Positions 12,906 to 25,070 of a stretch of 64,000 nucleotides of DNA are shown here, piece after piece. Below the pieces are notes generated by a model. It was not told the DNA's origin and did not search any database. It saw nothing but the letters and a program-made list of their open reading frames with translations. Source of the stretch: Glaucostegus cemiculus (lineage: Eukaryota); assembly GCA_976551045.1 (NCBI GenBank), contig CDPCPM010000103.1, forward strand, positions 20,398,001 through 20,462,000, written 5' to 3'. Each line of letters starts with the position of its first letter. Position 1 is the stretch's first letter. The position numbers and the translations under genes were made by a program.

Positions 12906-14139
12906 AAAACACAAATCTTTTCAAACATGAACAACTGGTAATATCCTGTAAGGTCAAAAGACTGTCAAACTATAAACAGCTAAGGATTACTTTAACTAGC
13001 ATTTGAAGTAGCTTGTTCAGAATTTGTAGTGCTTATGGTTGATGGAGGCAGTGATATACTGCAGGATGAGGCAATCTTCATTAGATGATAAGTCATAAAA
13101 TGGTATTGTTGTGATGATCATTAATTAAAGTATTAATTAATTCATAAGGTTCCTTACTAATTCAGATCGCTTTCTGGCTTCTGGGACTCCTGTAAAATTT
13201 GATTATTTGTGTATTCCACTTTTCAAACAGGGTGGTTAATTGATGAAAGTCATCCACATTGTTTTCAGATTGTTCTTATGTTCCATTTACTCCCTGCTGC
13301 CTCAGACAATGTCCTCTCTGGTGTATCACTGTGCCAGATGGCTCAATGTGGTCTTAGCTTCATGTTAGTCTTCCTGAGTAGGTCAATAAGGACTTGGCCA
13401 ATGCTGATGGTACTACAATTGCCCCCAGTGACATCAGCCTGGAATGGAAAAAGCAGAAGCATTCCAATGACTAATTTCCATTGTCTGATGGTTAACCAGA
13501 TAGCGACTAAGGATTCTGTTGCCAAGCAATTCATTGACCCTACCTGGGTTCATATTGGGTTTTCATCTCTAGTTAGAGATATCCCTGGACATTTCACTAC
13601 ATATGTCACATGACTACCCACCTTCTGGTAACCTCTCCTACCCAGTCAATCAACCTTCCATGCCCCATATACAATATTCAAAATGTCTAAGAAGTTTAAA
13701 GTTTTCCAGGAATACATTAATTGCCTTTTATTCTGGTAGGAGATTGTCTTTGAAATATGAGGAATCCAGTACATTCCTGGGAAGTTTGGAAACTCTGTCA
13801 CACATAGGTGAAGATACAATGCTGGCAACTCAGATTGAACATCTCCATGGTGACGACCAGCAGCCACCATCATCCGTTCTCATAGGACTGCCAGCGATTG
13901 GCCAGCATCAGTCCTGGTGCTCTGCCTTCCCAAGGCAATCAGATGGCAAACAGATACTTCATTGGTTGATTCTTTCAATAGTTATGTTATTTTTCTCCTG
14001 GGCTGCTTTCAACCGTGAAGAGGTAATTCCTGGGGTGGAAGGACGAGGGCTGATATGAAAGTCAGGGGAGGAGGGATCAGGGATTGATTGCCTAACTTCC
14101 AATTCTCTGCCACCATCTGGGCCATGCCATTTTTTGCAA

Positions 14140-14432
14140 CTACCATTGAGCAGGAGGTACAGAAGCCTGAGGTCCCACATCTTTAGATTCAAGAACAGCT
14201 ACTTCCCTTCAACCGTTCAGTACTTGAACCAACCTGCACAACCCTAGTCACTACCTCAGTATAGCAACACTATGACCATTTTGATCACTTTGCATTACAA
14301 TGGACTTTTTCTTTGGTCTTGTTAAAAATGTGTATCATTTATGTTTATTTTTTTTGTGTTGCTGTCTGTGATGCTGCTGCAAGTTTTTCATTGCACCTGT
14401 GCATTGATGTACATATGGCAATAAACTCGACT
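14140..14432 (+). mobile_element. Rex1-type 3' fragment
   Basis: LPLSRRYRSLRSHIFRFKNSYFP-like coding end, then a tail ending ggcaataaactcgactctga. Confidence 0.7.
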
Positions 14433-14714
14433 CTGACCACCTGGGGTGGGAATGGAGAGTGAGAATTCAAGGGCCAATTCATTTAATTACAAACTTATGC
14501 CTGTGTCAGATGGGATGGGGAAAGGATGAAGAATCAGGGGGTAATGACATTGCCGGAATGCTATCCCAGCTTTAGTTTGGTTTGGTGAGGGGTTTGGAGG
14601 GAGGGAAGGGTTTAAGTATTCACAGATGAAGGACTGGATCTGTTGGGTTGCATTTGTATCTGTGTGCACATCGAGCCCGTTGAGGATCTTGTGCAGCTCT
14701 CCGGTCTTTCAGAG

Positions 14715-14728
14715 GTTCCCTTGGTGAT
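14715..14728. promoter_or_regulatory. RFX X-box-like motif in the CCDC197 promoter region
   Basis: GTTCCC-TT-GGTGAT resembles GTTNCC-NN-GGNAAC and lies ~260 bp upstream of the ATG in a CpG-richer patch. Confidence 0.4.
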
Positions 14729-14984
14729 ACTGCAGTGTTTAGCCTCGCACCGTCACATGATGCAGGTCCTGTTACATTTCCCGGACGGTTTCTGTGACTC
14801 CGGAGTTTCGCAGGAACACTTCCCAGAAATTAAAGGCACGGTCATGGCTGGATTGCTTCAGCTTCCAACTCAGCTTTTGCAAGGCTTTTAAATTACAGGC
14901 AGCATTGGAACAGTCACAACCACGGCTCGGGATCTTCCAGAAACTTTGCCTTGAAACTGCATGACTGTAAACTGATCTGAGAGA

Positions 14985-15094
14985 ATGAACGCCGATGCCA
15001 GCGCTCTCGCCTGTTTGGCAGAAATTCGCCGCCAACCGCTTCACATCAAAAATACCATGAAAAATATCTTTGTCACTCAACTGGGGGACCGAAG
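14985..15094 (+). CDS. CCDC197: CCDC197 / CCDC42-family coding exon 1 (MNADASALACLAEIRRQPLHIKNTMKNIFVTQLGDR)
   Basis: ATG at 14985 follows an in-frame TGA at 14973-14975. Contains the KNIFVTQL motif I recall from long family members. Donor AG|GTAAAA, phase 2. Confidence 0.8.
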
Positions 15095-15514
15095 GTAAAA
15101 ACAGCTGCTCCTGCTGTGCCGGGTCGCCTGAGATAGGGTACTTCTCTGCACCCTTATTTGCAGATGGTTATAAGGGGTTTGTTTAAAGTTGCTCCTGGCA
15201 GAGTGTGGGTGATTGGGTAATAATCCTGTCAATCACGCACTGTGACCACACTGTTGCAAGTGACTGCTTGGGATTGTTGTTGTCATTTGCACATGATTAT
15301 CCAACACACACTGTATTTTTTCTGGGAACGAATAAACTGCCTTTATTGGGAGAAGTTGTTGTAGTTTCTGGGACCAATTTGCCTCTAGCCATAGTGTTTT
15401 CCATATTAACTGGCTGCGATGTAGGTAATATTTGTGGCTGGTTTGAATCTGTTTTCTGGCTATTGCTGCTGTTCTGGGGAAGGAATTTCAGAGTTCGACC
15501 TGGGTACTGGCAAT

Positions 15515-15697
15515 ATGCCGCCCACATTTCTCCCGCATTCCAAAGACGTACGGGTTAGGAAGTTGTGGGCATGCTATGTTGGTGCCGGAAGCGTGGCGAC
15601 ACTTGCAGGCTGCCCCCAGAACACTCTACGCAAAAAGATGTATTGTACTGTGTGTTTCAATGTACATGTGACTAATAAAGATATCTTAAAATCTTAA
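15515..15697 (+). mobile_element. 5'-truncated V-SINE with Rex1-like tail
   Basis: V-core tctcccgcattccaaagacgtacgggttagg and tail gtacatgtgactaataaagatatctta. Confidence 0.8.
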
Positions 15698-15729
15698 TTC
15701 TAAAAGGGTGGTTGAGTAAATGAGACAGA

Positions 15730-16140
15730 AAGGGCTGCATTTATACAACGTCTTTTATAGTTGCACTATTTCCCAACATAACCAGTGATGTACATTTGAA
15801 GTGTAGTCATTGTAAAACAGGAAAATTGCAGCCATGGTATGTACAGCAAGCTCCTAATAACATCAGTGTGGTCATAACCAGATAATCTGCTTTACTGATG
15901 CTGATTAAATATTAGCCAGGACATGAGAAAGAACTCACCTGCATATTAAATAATGTTTTATGACTTTCTATATTTGCATACAAAGGCAGAAAAAGTCTTT
16001 ATTTGATAGACAGTGTTCCTGATGTTACAACACTCCCTCAGTACTGTCCTCAATATTGGCCTTGGGTTGCACTCTGAACTTGGATTTGACCCATATCCCT
16101 CCAAACTCAGATGCAAATGTGTTACCACTGACTCATGGGT
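15730..16140 (-). mobile_element. Old Deu-domain (SacSINE1-like) SINE
   Basis: ctgcatttata...agcaagctcc...actccctcagtactg, with a tRNA-like head near 16080-16135. Confidence 0.6.
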
Positions 16141-16583
16141 GACACATTTAAATACTAACCAAATCAAATCTTCTGGGGCTAACTTTTCATAACAATTGAA
16201 ACCTGATAGATACACCAAGTGCCAGTTCAGTACAAACCTGAAAGGGCAGTTTTTTATGTAGAAACTTTATCTTTTCTTGTGGGTTATATTTATTCAAATT
16301 GAACTAAAGGGCTAGTCCTCAGATTTTGAGATTCCTTGCATTGATAGCATCCCACATGACTCTTGTCAACTTCTTATACTAGGCTGTATCCACTCACTTC
16401 AATAAGAATGGGAACTCAGTTAAGATTAGAGTTTTCCAGCCGATGATAAAACCTCAAATGGAAAGGTAACTCTGGTGAAATGTATAATGAGCAATCTAAG
16501 TTTTCAGTAGGCAATGGAAGTTAATACCTCCAACTATGTCTGAAATCTGCTTTTAATGTCTATATTTAAATCCTTTCTTTCAG

Positions 16584-16626
16584 AGATGAAGATGAAAATA
16601 TTAATTATATTCCAATAATCAAAGAA
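16584..16626 (+). CDS. CCDC197: CCDC197 coding exon 2 ((R)DEDENINYIPIIKE)
   Basis: Acceptor tcctttctttcAG and donor GAA|GTAAGT. 43 nt, phase 2 to 0, matching the flanking exons. Confidence 0.85.
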
Positions 16627-16849
16627 GTAAGTTTTTAAAATTTCCCTTTCAGATTATTCAGCACTGTTTATTCAGCTAAAGTAGCACTTACCCTTACCAT
16701 TAAGTTATGAGACTGGTGTGTAGTTAATGCCTTTGATATAGTGACTTCCACAAACAGTATTGACCGCGGATTTAGTCTCCAGAGCTTGCATAGCTCCAAT
16801 GATAACAGAGTATATAGAAACAGCATAAGCAAGTACTCTGGATACTGGA

Positions 16850-17163
16850 AATCAGAATCAGAATCAGTTTTATTGTCACAACCATATACATACATAGTAT
16901 GCATAGGAGCGAGATACCGTCCTCCTCAGGTGCTCGTCCCATAAAATAACAACCAACCGAGACATACATACACACTTGACAGAATAAACATTTAAAAAAT
17001 TAAACATTAAAAACTACGGAAGTTAAAATTAATTTAATACGCAGATTAAATTAAAAATGGCCGGTAAATAAATAAATAGTTAAAGTGAATGGGCTGGTGT
17101 CGGGCATTTAAAGTGCTGGTGCATTTCTGTGCCCCTAGCATCTCTTAGTGTTAACAAAGGAAG
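16850..17163 (-). mobile_element. Young Rex1 3' end with (GATTCT)n tail
   Basis: Near-identical reverse complement of 40727-41040. Confidence 0.9.
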
Positions 17164-17371
17164 AATCTGAAACAAAATTAGTAAATGGGGGAAATACTTA
17201 GCAGGTCAGGCATCTGTGGAGAGAAGGAGAACTAATGTTTCAAGTCAATGAACTTTAATCACAACTGGGAATCACTAGAGATAAAGCGTGAGATAGATGG
17301 AGAGAAAGGGGTAGGGTAGGAGGGAATTAGGGAAGATCTAATATGACATGGAAGGCACAATGGATTGAAAT

Positions 17372-17541
17372 AAAAACAGAAAATGCTGAAAACACTCAGC
17401 AGGTCAGACAGCAAATGTGGAAAGAGAAGCAGTGTTAATGTTTCATTCTAATGTAGGGTCTTCAATGTGAAACATAAATACTGTTTCTCTTTCCAAAGAT
17501 GCTGTCTGAGCTGCTGAGTGCTTCCATCATTTTCTGTTTCT
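17372..17541. mobile_element. PLE-derived fold-back mini element
   Basis: ~65-bp imperfect inverted arms (aacagaaaatgctg...ggaaagagaagcag / ctgtttctctttcc...cattttctgtt). The right arm resumes at ~20061 after the CR1 insertions. Confidence 0.7.
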
Positions 17542-17542
17542 A

Positions 17543-20060
17543 ACATTGAACATCGAACAATACAGCACAGGAACAGGCCTGTCAGCCCACAATGTCAGTG
17601 TCAAACACGATGCCAAATTAAACTAAATCTTTTCAGCCTGAACGTGATCCATATCCCTCCATTCCCTGCATATTCATGTGTCTAACAGCCTCTTAAACAC
17701 CACTATCATATCTGTTTCCACCACCACCCTGGCAGCCTGTTCCAGGTACCTACCACTCTCTGTGTAACAAAACTTGCCCCACGGATCTCCTTTGAACTTT
17801 CCCCTTCTCACCTTAAATGCATGTCCTCTTGTACTTGACATTTCTACCCTGGGAAAAAGATTCTGACTGGCTACCATATCTATGCCTCTCATTATTTTAG
17901 AAACAACTCAAGTTTGTCCAACCTCTTCTTATAGCTCATACCCTCTAATCGTCTGCACCCTTTAGAGTCATAGAGCCCTACAGCATGAAGCAGGGTCTTC
18001 AGCCTATCTAGTCCATGCCGGCCTGGTTTTCTGCCTAGTCCCATCAACCTGCACCTGGACCACAGCCCTCCATACCTCTCTCATCCAAACTTCTCTTAAA
18101 TGTTACAAGTCAACCTGCATCCACCACTTCTGTTGGCAGCTCGTTCCACACTCACACCACCCTCTGAGTGAAGTAGTTTCCCCTCAGATTCCCCTTAAAA
18201 ATTTCACTTTTCACCCTAAACCTATGACCTCTAGTCTAGTCTCTCCCAACCTGAGGGAAAGAAATCTGCATGCATTTGCCATATCTATACCCCTCATAAT
18301 TTTGTATAAAATCTCCCTTCGTGCTCCAGGGAATAAAGTCCTAACCTATTCAACCTTTACCTATAACTCAAGTCCTCAAGTCTTGGCAACATCCGTGCAA
18401 ATTTTCTCTACACTCTTTCAAGCTTATTGATATCCTGTAGGTAGGTGACCAGAACTGCACACAATGCTCTAAGTTTGGCCTCACCAATATCTTATACAAT
18501 TTCATCATAACATCCAAACTCCTGTACTCATTGTCCTGATTTATGAAGACCAATGTGCCAAAAGCTCTCTTTACGACCCTACCTACGTGTGATGCCACTT
18601 TCAAGGAATTATGGATCTGTATTCCTAGGTCCCTTTGTTCTACCACACACCTCACAGCCATATCATCCACTGTTTAAATCTTATACTGGTCTGTCCTCCC
18701 AAAATGCACCACTTTGCATTTGTCTGCATCAAATTCCATCTGCCATTTACCCACAACTGACATCAGGCTCACTGACATATAATTTCCCGAGTTATTCTTA
18801 GAGCCTTTCTTAAACAAAGGAACAACTTTAGCTATCCTCCAGTCCTCTGGCACCTCACCTGTGGCTAAGGATGTTTTAAATATCTCTGCCATGTCAGCTA
18901 CAATTTCTGCACAAGCCTCTCACAAGGTCTGAGCAGACACCTCACCAGGCTCTGGAGATTTATTCACCCTAATTTGCCTCAAGATAGTAAACATCTCCTC
19001 TTCTGTAATCTGGATACATTCCATGACCTCATTGCTCTTTTTCCTCAGTTCTCTAGACTCTGTCTGTCTCTTGAGTAATACAGATGCAAAATATTCATTT
19101 AATATCTCCCCATCTCTTTCGGCTCCACACGTAGATGGCCACACAGATCTTCAAGAGGACAAATATTGTCCTTTACTATCCTCTTGCTCTTAATATAGCT
19201 ATAGAAACCCCCAGGATTCTCTTTCACCCTGTCTGCCAGAGCAACCTCGTGTCCTCTTTTCACCCTCCTGATTTCTCTCTTAAGTGTTCTTTTGCATTTC
19301 TTATACTCCTCAAGCACCTCATTTGATCCTAATTGCCGATACCTAATATACATCTCCTTTTTCTTTACCAGGGCCTCAATATCCCTCGATAACCAAAGTT
19401 CCCTAAACCTGTTAACCTTGCCTTTTATTCTAACAGGGACATACATAACTCTGTTGTCTCAATATTTCACTCTTGAAGGCCTCCCACTTACCAAGCATCT
19501 CTTTGCCAGAAAACAACCTGTCCCAATCCACACCTGCCAGATCCCTTCTGATGCCCTCAAAATTGGCCCTCCTCCAGTTTAGAATCTTAACCTTAGGACT
19601 GGTCCTATCCTTCTTCATAATTATCTTGAAACTAATGGAATTATGATCACTAGATGCAAAGTGTTCCCCTACACTCACTTCTGTCACCTACCCTGTCTCA
19701 TTCCCTAAGAGGAGATCCAGTATCTTGCTCTCTCTAGTTGGGACCTCGACAAGTTGATTAAGGAAACTTTCCTGAACACATTTGACAAACTCTATCCCAT
19801 CCAGTCCTTTCACAGTATGGGAGTCCCAGTCAATATGTGGAAAGTTAAAATCACCTACTATCACAACTTTATGTTTCCTGCAACTGTCTGCTGTCACTCT
19901 ACAAATTTGTTCCTCAAAAACCCGCTCACTCTTGGGAGGTCTATAATATAGTCCCATTAATGTGGTCATCCCTTTTTTTATTCCTCAGTTCCACCCAAAT
20001 TGCCTTTCCAAAGCCTTCACATGCTCCCTGTAATAGGGCGACCAGAACTGCACACAGTAG
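17543..20060 (-). mobile_element. Nested CR1 LINEs: element A (17543-17963 plus 20008-20060) interrupted by element B (17964-20002)
   Basis: Two CR1 3' tails. Endonuclease motifs (GLYYRPP, VGDFNFP, LDLLLG, SDHN) in element B. ccttt is duplicated at 17959-17963 and 20003-20007. Confidence 0.85.
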
Positions 20061-20109
20061 ATTTTATTTCAGATTTCCAGCATCTGTATGTTAAACCTAC
20101 CCATAATCA

Positions 20110-20405
20110 CCCCTGGAACTGAGTGTCCTGATAGGCCATTCCAGAGACCAGTTTAGAGTCAAAGACATTGATGGATCTGGAGTTACATATAGGCTAGATC
20201 AGATAAATTTATTTGTAATTCAAGTGAGCTGTTATGACAATCTGGTATTTTCATGATTATCAACACTGATACAAGTCTTGCTTTCCAAATTTATTCCAAT
20301 TAGTTGACTTTAAACTCCCCACTTCAATGGTGGTACATCAAATCCATCCTTGGATCAATAGTCTACTAGTCCAGTATTTTGACCAATATGTATGTCACCA
20401 TACCC
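20110..20405 (-). mobile_element. Old tRNA-derived SINE (related piece at 23530-23655)
   Basis: Degenerate similarity between the two blocks and a tRNA-like head in antisense. Confidence 0.4.
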
Positions 20406-20613
20406 ACTGTCATTGGTTTAAATAGAGGTATGGACTAGTTGGTGCAGAGAGCCTGTTTTTGTCTCACAATCTGAGGGGTTCTGATTCCAACGCAGACAGA
20501 TGGGATGAATGACTTTTCCCTTTGTCATTTATTGAAGGTTCTTCTTGGCCATCAGGCCAAAATTCTCAATCCTGTGGCAATATCCTTACTGGTCAACTTT
20601 GTAACTGTTTCAG

Positions 20614-20790
20614 CCTGCTACTGAGATCCTCGCAAATGATCATAAAACACATCAGAGCACTTTAGTGCTGAAGAAAGAGGTGGAAGTTGACCAAGTTAAT
20701 GCTGAACTTGCAGCAAAAAGGGAAGAGTTCCTCCAACGCATGGAAGCCATTAGTCTGCGGAGGGCAGAATTTGAAAGAAAAGAGCAGGCG
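20614..20790 (+). CDS. CCDC197: CCDC197 coding exon 3 (PATEILANDHKTHQSTLVLKKEVEVDQVNAELAAKREEFLQRMEAISLRRAEFERKEQA)
   Basis: Acceptor tgtttcAG and donor GCG|GTAAGG. 177 nt. DUF4200-like coiled coil (LKKEVEV..V..EL..KREEF..RME). Confidence 0.9.
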
Positions 20791-21080
20791 GTAAGGAAAA
20801 ACAAAATAAAAAGTTGATTTCTGCTCATTTACACATCTAAACCTCAAATCTGCCCAGTGGGTAGAAGCCCCTTCATCCTAGTAGCTACACTTAGGAATTG
20901 GATCACTGTAACCTTTAGACTGATGAGATTTTAATTGTTTGAATGCATATTTTCTTGATTTGGTGTCAGGGTGTAAATACACATGACTGCATTTAGACTT
21001 ATTTGTGTACTTTTGTTGTATCCTTTTGAACTAAAACAAATAATCTGAATAATTTTGTATTCTTTGCATTTTGTCCATAG

Positions 21081-21238
21081 AATAAGGAAAGAGCCCTGAA
21101 GTTTGATAAGTTTATCAAGGATAATGAGACAAAGAGATGTCGCGCCATTAAAAAACACCAGTTAGAAGTGAAAGAAAATGTGGTAAAACAGAGGGAGCTA
21201 CAAGACCTGGGCCAGAAATTTGAAGAGATTAAAGCCAG
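21081..21238 (+). CDS. CCDC197: CCDC197 coding exon 4 (NKERALKFDKFIKDNETKRCRAIKKHQLEVKENVVKQRELQDLGQKFEEIKA)
   Basis: Acceptor ttgtccatAG and donor AG|GTAAAG. KFDKFIKDN..KR.RA is the CCDC42/CFAP73 (DUF4200) hallmark. 158 nt. Confidence 0.92.
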
Positions 21239-21802
21239 GTAAAGAGTGGAGTTGTCTTTCTCTTTAGAACATATTATAAACATATATAACTGTCCCTTGA
21301 TTTACAAAAAGGCTGCATTCCTGGAAAATAAATCATAGAACAGCATTTTGGAAATTGGAAAGGCTGGGCATTTCTGTACAATATATTGCTATGCACAGAG
21401 TGAGTGTACTATTAGTTATAATGAAAAATAGTTTCACAAATCGAAGACATGTACCCCAAAGGATCAACGTCATCATAGCATTTTGAAAGTTCAGTTAGTA
21501 TATCGTTCAAACGTTATTGCTTTGGTGGTAGGTTGGGTTTGCACCGTGATTTTATTGTTCAACAATATCCTGTCCTCTAGTTACAGTATTTGACTATCCA
21601 TTGAATGACTCCAGAGTCTTGCCTCTCTTACAATACCCCAAAGTCCTTTCTAAGTATCAATCACCTGTCCTTGCTAGCAATTTTGAAATGGGTTATGAAT
21701 AGAAAATCCTGGAACTACTCAGCAGATCGTGCAGCATCTGTGGAGAGAGAAACAGAGTTGACATTTCAGGTCTTATGAAAGAATCATTAGCCTAAAACGT
21801 TA

Positions 21803-23073
21803 GAGAAACAAAGGATTGTAGATGCTGGGATCTAGATGAAAAACACTATGATACTGGAGGAACTCAGCAGGCCAGGCAGCATCTGTGGAGAAAAGCAGGC
21901 GGTCATCGGTTCGGGTCAGGACCCTTATTCAGGACTGAAGACAGGAAGAGGGGGAAGCCCAATGTGTAGGAGGGAAAAGCAGAGCAGTGATAGGTGGACA
22001 AAAGAGGGGAGGCAGGGTGGGCACAAGGTGGTGATAGGTAGATGCAGGTCAGAGATAGTGATAGGCAGGTGCGGGGGAGGAGGGGAGAGCAGATCCACCA
22101 GGAGATGGGTCAAGGGTATTGAGAGAAAAATAAAGGGGTAGAAAAAAGAGAGACAGGCTGGGAAAAGGAAGAAAAGAAGCATGGTGGGGGGGGGGGGGTG
22201 TTTGTGGGGAAGGAGTGTGGGGATTACTTAAAGTGGGAGAATTCAATGTTCATGCTGTTAGGCTGCAAGGTTCCAAGACAGAAAATGAAGTGCTGTTGCT
22301 CCAGTTTGCACTTGGAATTCACATGTCAGTGGAAGAGGCCGAGGACTGACACATCTGTGATAGTGTGGGAGGAGAGTTGAAGTGACTGGCAATGGGGAGA
22401 TGCAGATCGCAGTTCTGGACAGAGCACCAGTGTTCTGCGAAATGGTCACCTCGTCTGCATTTGGTCTCACCAATGTAGAGTGGCTTCCTTTGTCCACCTA
22501 TTACTGCTCTGCTTTTCCCTCTCATATATTGGGCTTCCCCTTTTCCTATCTTCAGTCCTGAAGAAGGGTCCTGACCCAAAATGTTCACTGCCTGCTTTTC
22601 TCCACAGATGCTGCCTGGCCTGCTGAGTTATTGGTATTGGTTTATTATTGTCACTTGTACCGAGGTACAGTGAAAAGCTTGTCTTACAAACCAATAGTAC
22701 AGTTCAATTCATTACACAGTGCAGTTACATAGTTAGTACAAAGTGTATTGAAGTAGTACAGTAAAAACAGTAACTGTACAGAATAAAGTGTCACAGCTAC
22801 AGAGAAAGTGCAGTGCAATAAGGTGCAAGGTCACACAAGGTAGAATGTGAGGTCACAGACCATGTCATTGTATAAGGGAATCGTTCAATAGTCTTATCAC
22901 AGTGAAGAAGCTGTCCTTAAGTCTGTTGGTACGTGGTCTCAGGCACCTGTATCTTCTACCTGATGGAAGAGGAGAGAAGAGAGAATGTCCCCGATGAGTG
23001 TGATCTTTGATTATGCTGGCCGCTACACCGAGACAACAAGAGATAAAGTTACTCCAGCATCACCGTATTTCTC
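21803..23073 (-). mobile_element. Penelope-like element with inverted terminal duplication, itself interrupted by a Rex1 fragment
   Basis: GIY-YIG remnant LYIGETKCRRGDHFAEH (minus). 22488-22630 plus 23047-23073 is an inverted copy of about 21835-22005. 14-bp TSD agcctaaa(a/g)c(g/a)tta at 21789-21802 and 23074-23087. Confidence 0.85.
22631..23046 (-). mobile_element. Rex1-type 3' fragment inserted into the PLE
   Basis: Encodes AASIIKDHTHRGHSLFSPLPSGRRYR.... agtta is duplicated at 22626-22630 and 23047-23051. Confidence 0.85.
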
Positions 23074-24744
23074 AGCCTAAAGCATTAATCTTTTTGCTCT
23101 TTCTACAAATATTTCCTTTAACTGTTGACTATTTCTAATATTTTCTGTTTTTATTTCAATTTTCTGGCATATGCAGTTTTTTAATGACATGAGTCCTGAA
23201 CAGATTTTAGCAATGTGCATCTGTATCAGACTGTCCGGCAAACGTGGTTTAATTTCTCCCACTTAGTATTTTCTTTAGTTCCATAAGGTTCTTTGTCTTG
23301 TGAGTTCTTTCAGGGTTGAGATGATCCAGGGGTGCAAAATCTGGTTACCTGACTATCCTTTTGTTAAGACACACTGAATACCAAGTCAGTCCCAGTATGG
23401 CGATTGGTGCAGATTGGGTAATGTATTAGCATTGATGAATGAAGTATGGAAGTAAACAGAATGTAGTCAGCATGAAATGCTATTTTTGTCAGCCTGCTAA
23501 CTGAAACTCAACACACCAGCTTCTTGTTAGCCTTGAGAACTGCGCAAAGCAAATTCCCCAGATGCCATGGTGAGATTTGAACTTATGCCTACTGGTCAAT
23601 AGTTCAGGCCTTTGGTTACTTCTCCAGTAACTTAAATGCCATGCTACTGTACCCATGTATGTATATATTGCAAAATGCTGTGAATTTTAAAATAATAATG
23701 AAATGTCATATTTTTATAAACTTTGTTTATAATATTTCAACTTCTGCCATAACTTGTGTGTATCTTCTGATATTCATTTGCATTCTGTAAATCTATAAAA
23801 TATTAGCTAAAAATTGTAATTTTTGCTTCCCGTTTGTGGGATTTTGTCAGTTTAATTGGCTGCTGAAGCAGCTTGGTGACTTCCCTGGTAGAGGACTTCA
23901 ATGATCAGATCAAACTGATTTTGAACAGCAGCCTATGTTAGAAAAAGAAAATCCACTCCATGGATTGCTGGACTATTATCACTAGCCTTCTCTGGAGTCA
24001 GTGGTGACCATGTTGCTTCACAGTTGATCACATAATCCAGGACACCTTAATGATCAACTTGGTCCATCATAGTGAATGGATTAAATATGCATCATGATCC
24101 AATCATCCATTCTCAGAACTGGCCCCCATTTAAGTCTTTTACAACCTTTCCTCATTAAATTAGCACATGAAGTAAATCTTGTCAACTTCTCTACACTGTT
24201 TCCAGGGCTTGAGAATTTTCCTTTAGCCTCATGAGCACTGCATTCATGATTAGCTTGATTAAACCAGCAAGTAGCTTTATCAGTATTATTTTGTCATCTA
24301 TAAGAAAGAATATTTCAGCTCCCACATTATGTTGGTTGTATACCTAGTGCAAAAATGCCATGGCAGTGGAAAGTATATTTTTGCTCCTTAATAAGTGGAG
24401 CAAAAGTTCAGACCCTGCTTGTTTCAGCAAAGCAGTAGTTTGCTTTCACTTAGAACAATGTAGAAGCTGTGCTAGTTGGAATAATGCAGTGACCTGATTG
24501 GCATGTGATGCATGTGAGGGTTGGTATTATTTATAGCAGTGAAAGGAATGGAAGCCATGATCAGAAGGTTAAGTGCTATTAGTTTAGAGTTTAAGGTGGA
24601 CCCTGACCATTCTTATTTTATTTAATAATATGGTGATATTTTTTCCTTTCTGAGCCATTTATCTTTTTGTCATAATTATATAAATCTTTTCCCAGAAGCA
24701 CTTAGTCTCTGCGAGGTGAAGCAATTGGATCAAAGGGAAAACAA

Positions 24745-25025
24745 AATAGATAAGACAAGATTTCTTTATTAGTCACATGTACGTTGAAACACACAGTGAA
24801 ATACGCCTTTTTGCGTAGAGTGTTCTGGGGGCAGCCCTCAAGTGTCACCACGCTTCTGGCGCCAACATAGCATGCCCACAGCTTCCTAACCTGTATGTCT
24901 TTGGAATGTGGGAGGAAACTAGTGCACTCAGAGGAAACCCACATAGACACTGGGAGAATGTATCCTTACAAACAGTGGCTGGAATCAACCCGGGTCGTTG
25001 GCGCTGTAATAGTGTTATGCTAACT
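24745..25025 (-). mobile_element. Near-full-length V-SINE with Rex1-like tail
   Basis: tRNA-like head, V-core gggtttcctctgagtgcactagtttcctcccacattcc, and a tail shared with the 8305 and 15515 copies. Confidence 0.8.
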
Positions 25026-25070
25026 GCTCAGTCAAGCACCATCTGTGGAAAGAGAAACTAGTCAATGCTT

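Noticed and set aside
13209-14058. Tandem ORFs of 134 aa and 151 aa with faint integrase-like words (DSVAKQF...IPGHFTT)
   Set aside because: No convincing catalytic motifs. At best a highly decayed element; it needs a profile search.
22183-22200. Poly-G runs (also ~54682 and ~58182) as functional G-quadruplexes
   Set aside because: These are homopolymer runs, mostly within repeats, and are prone to length error. No other support.
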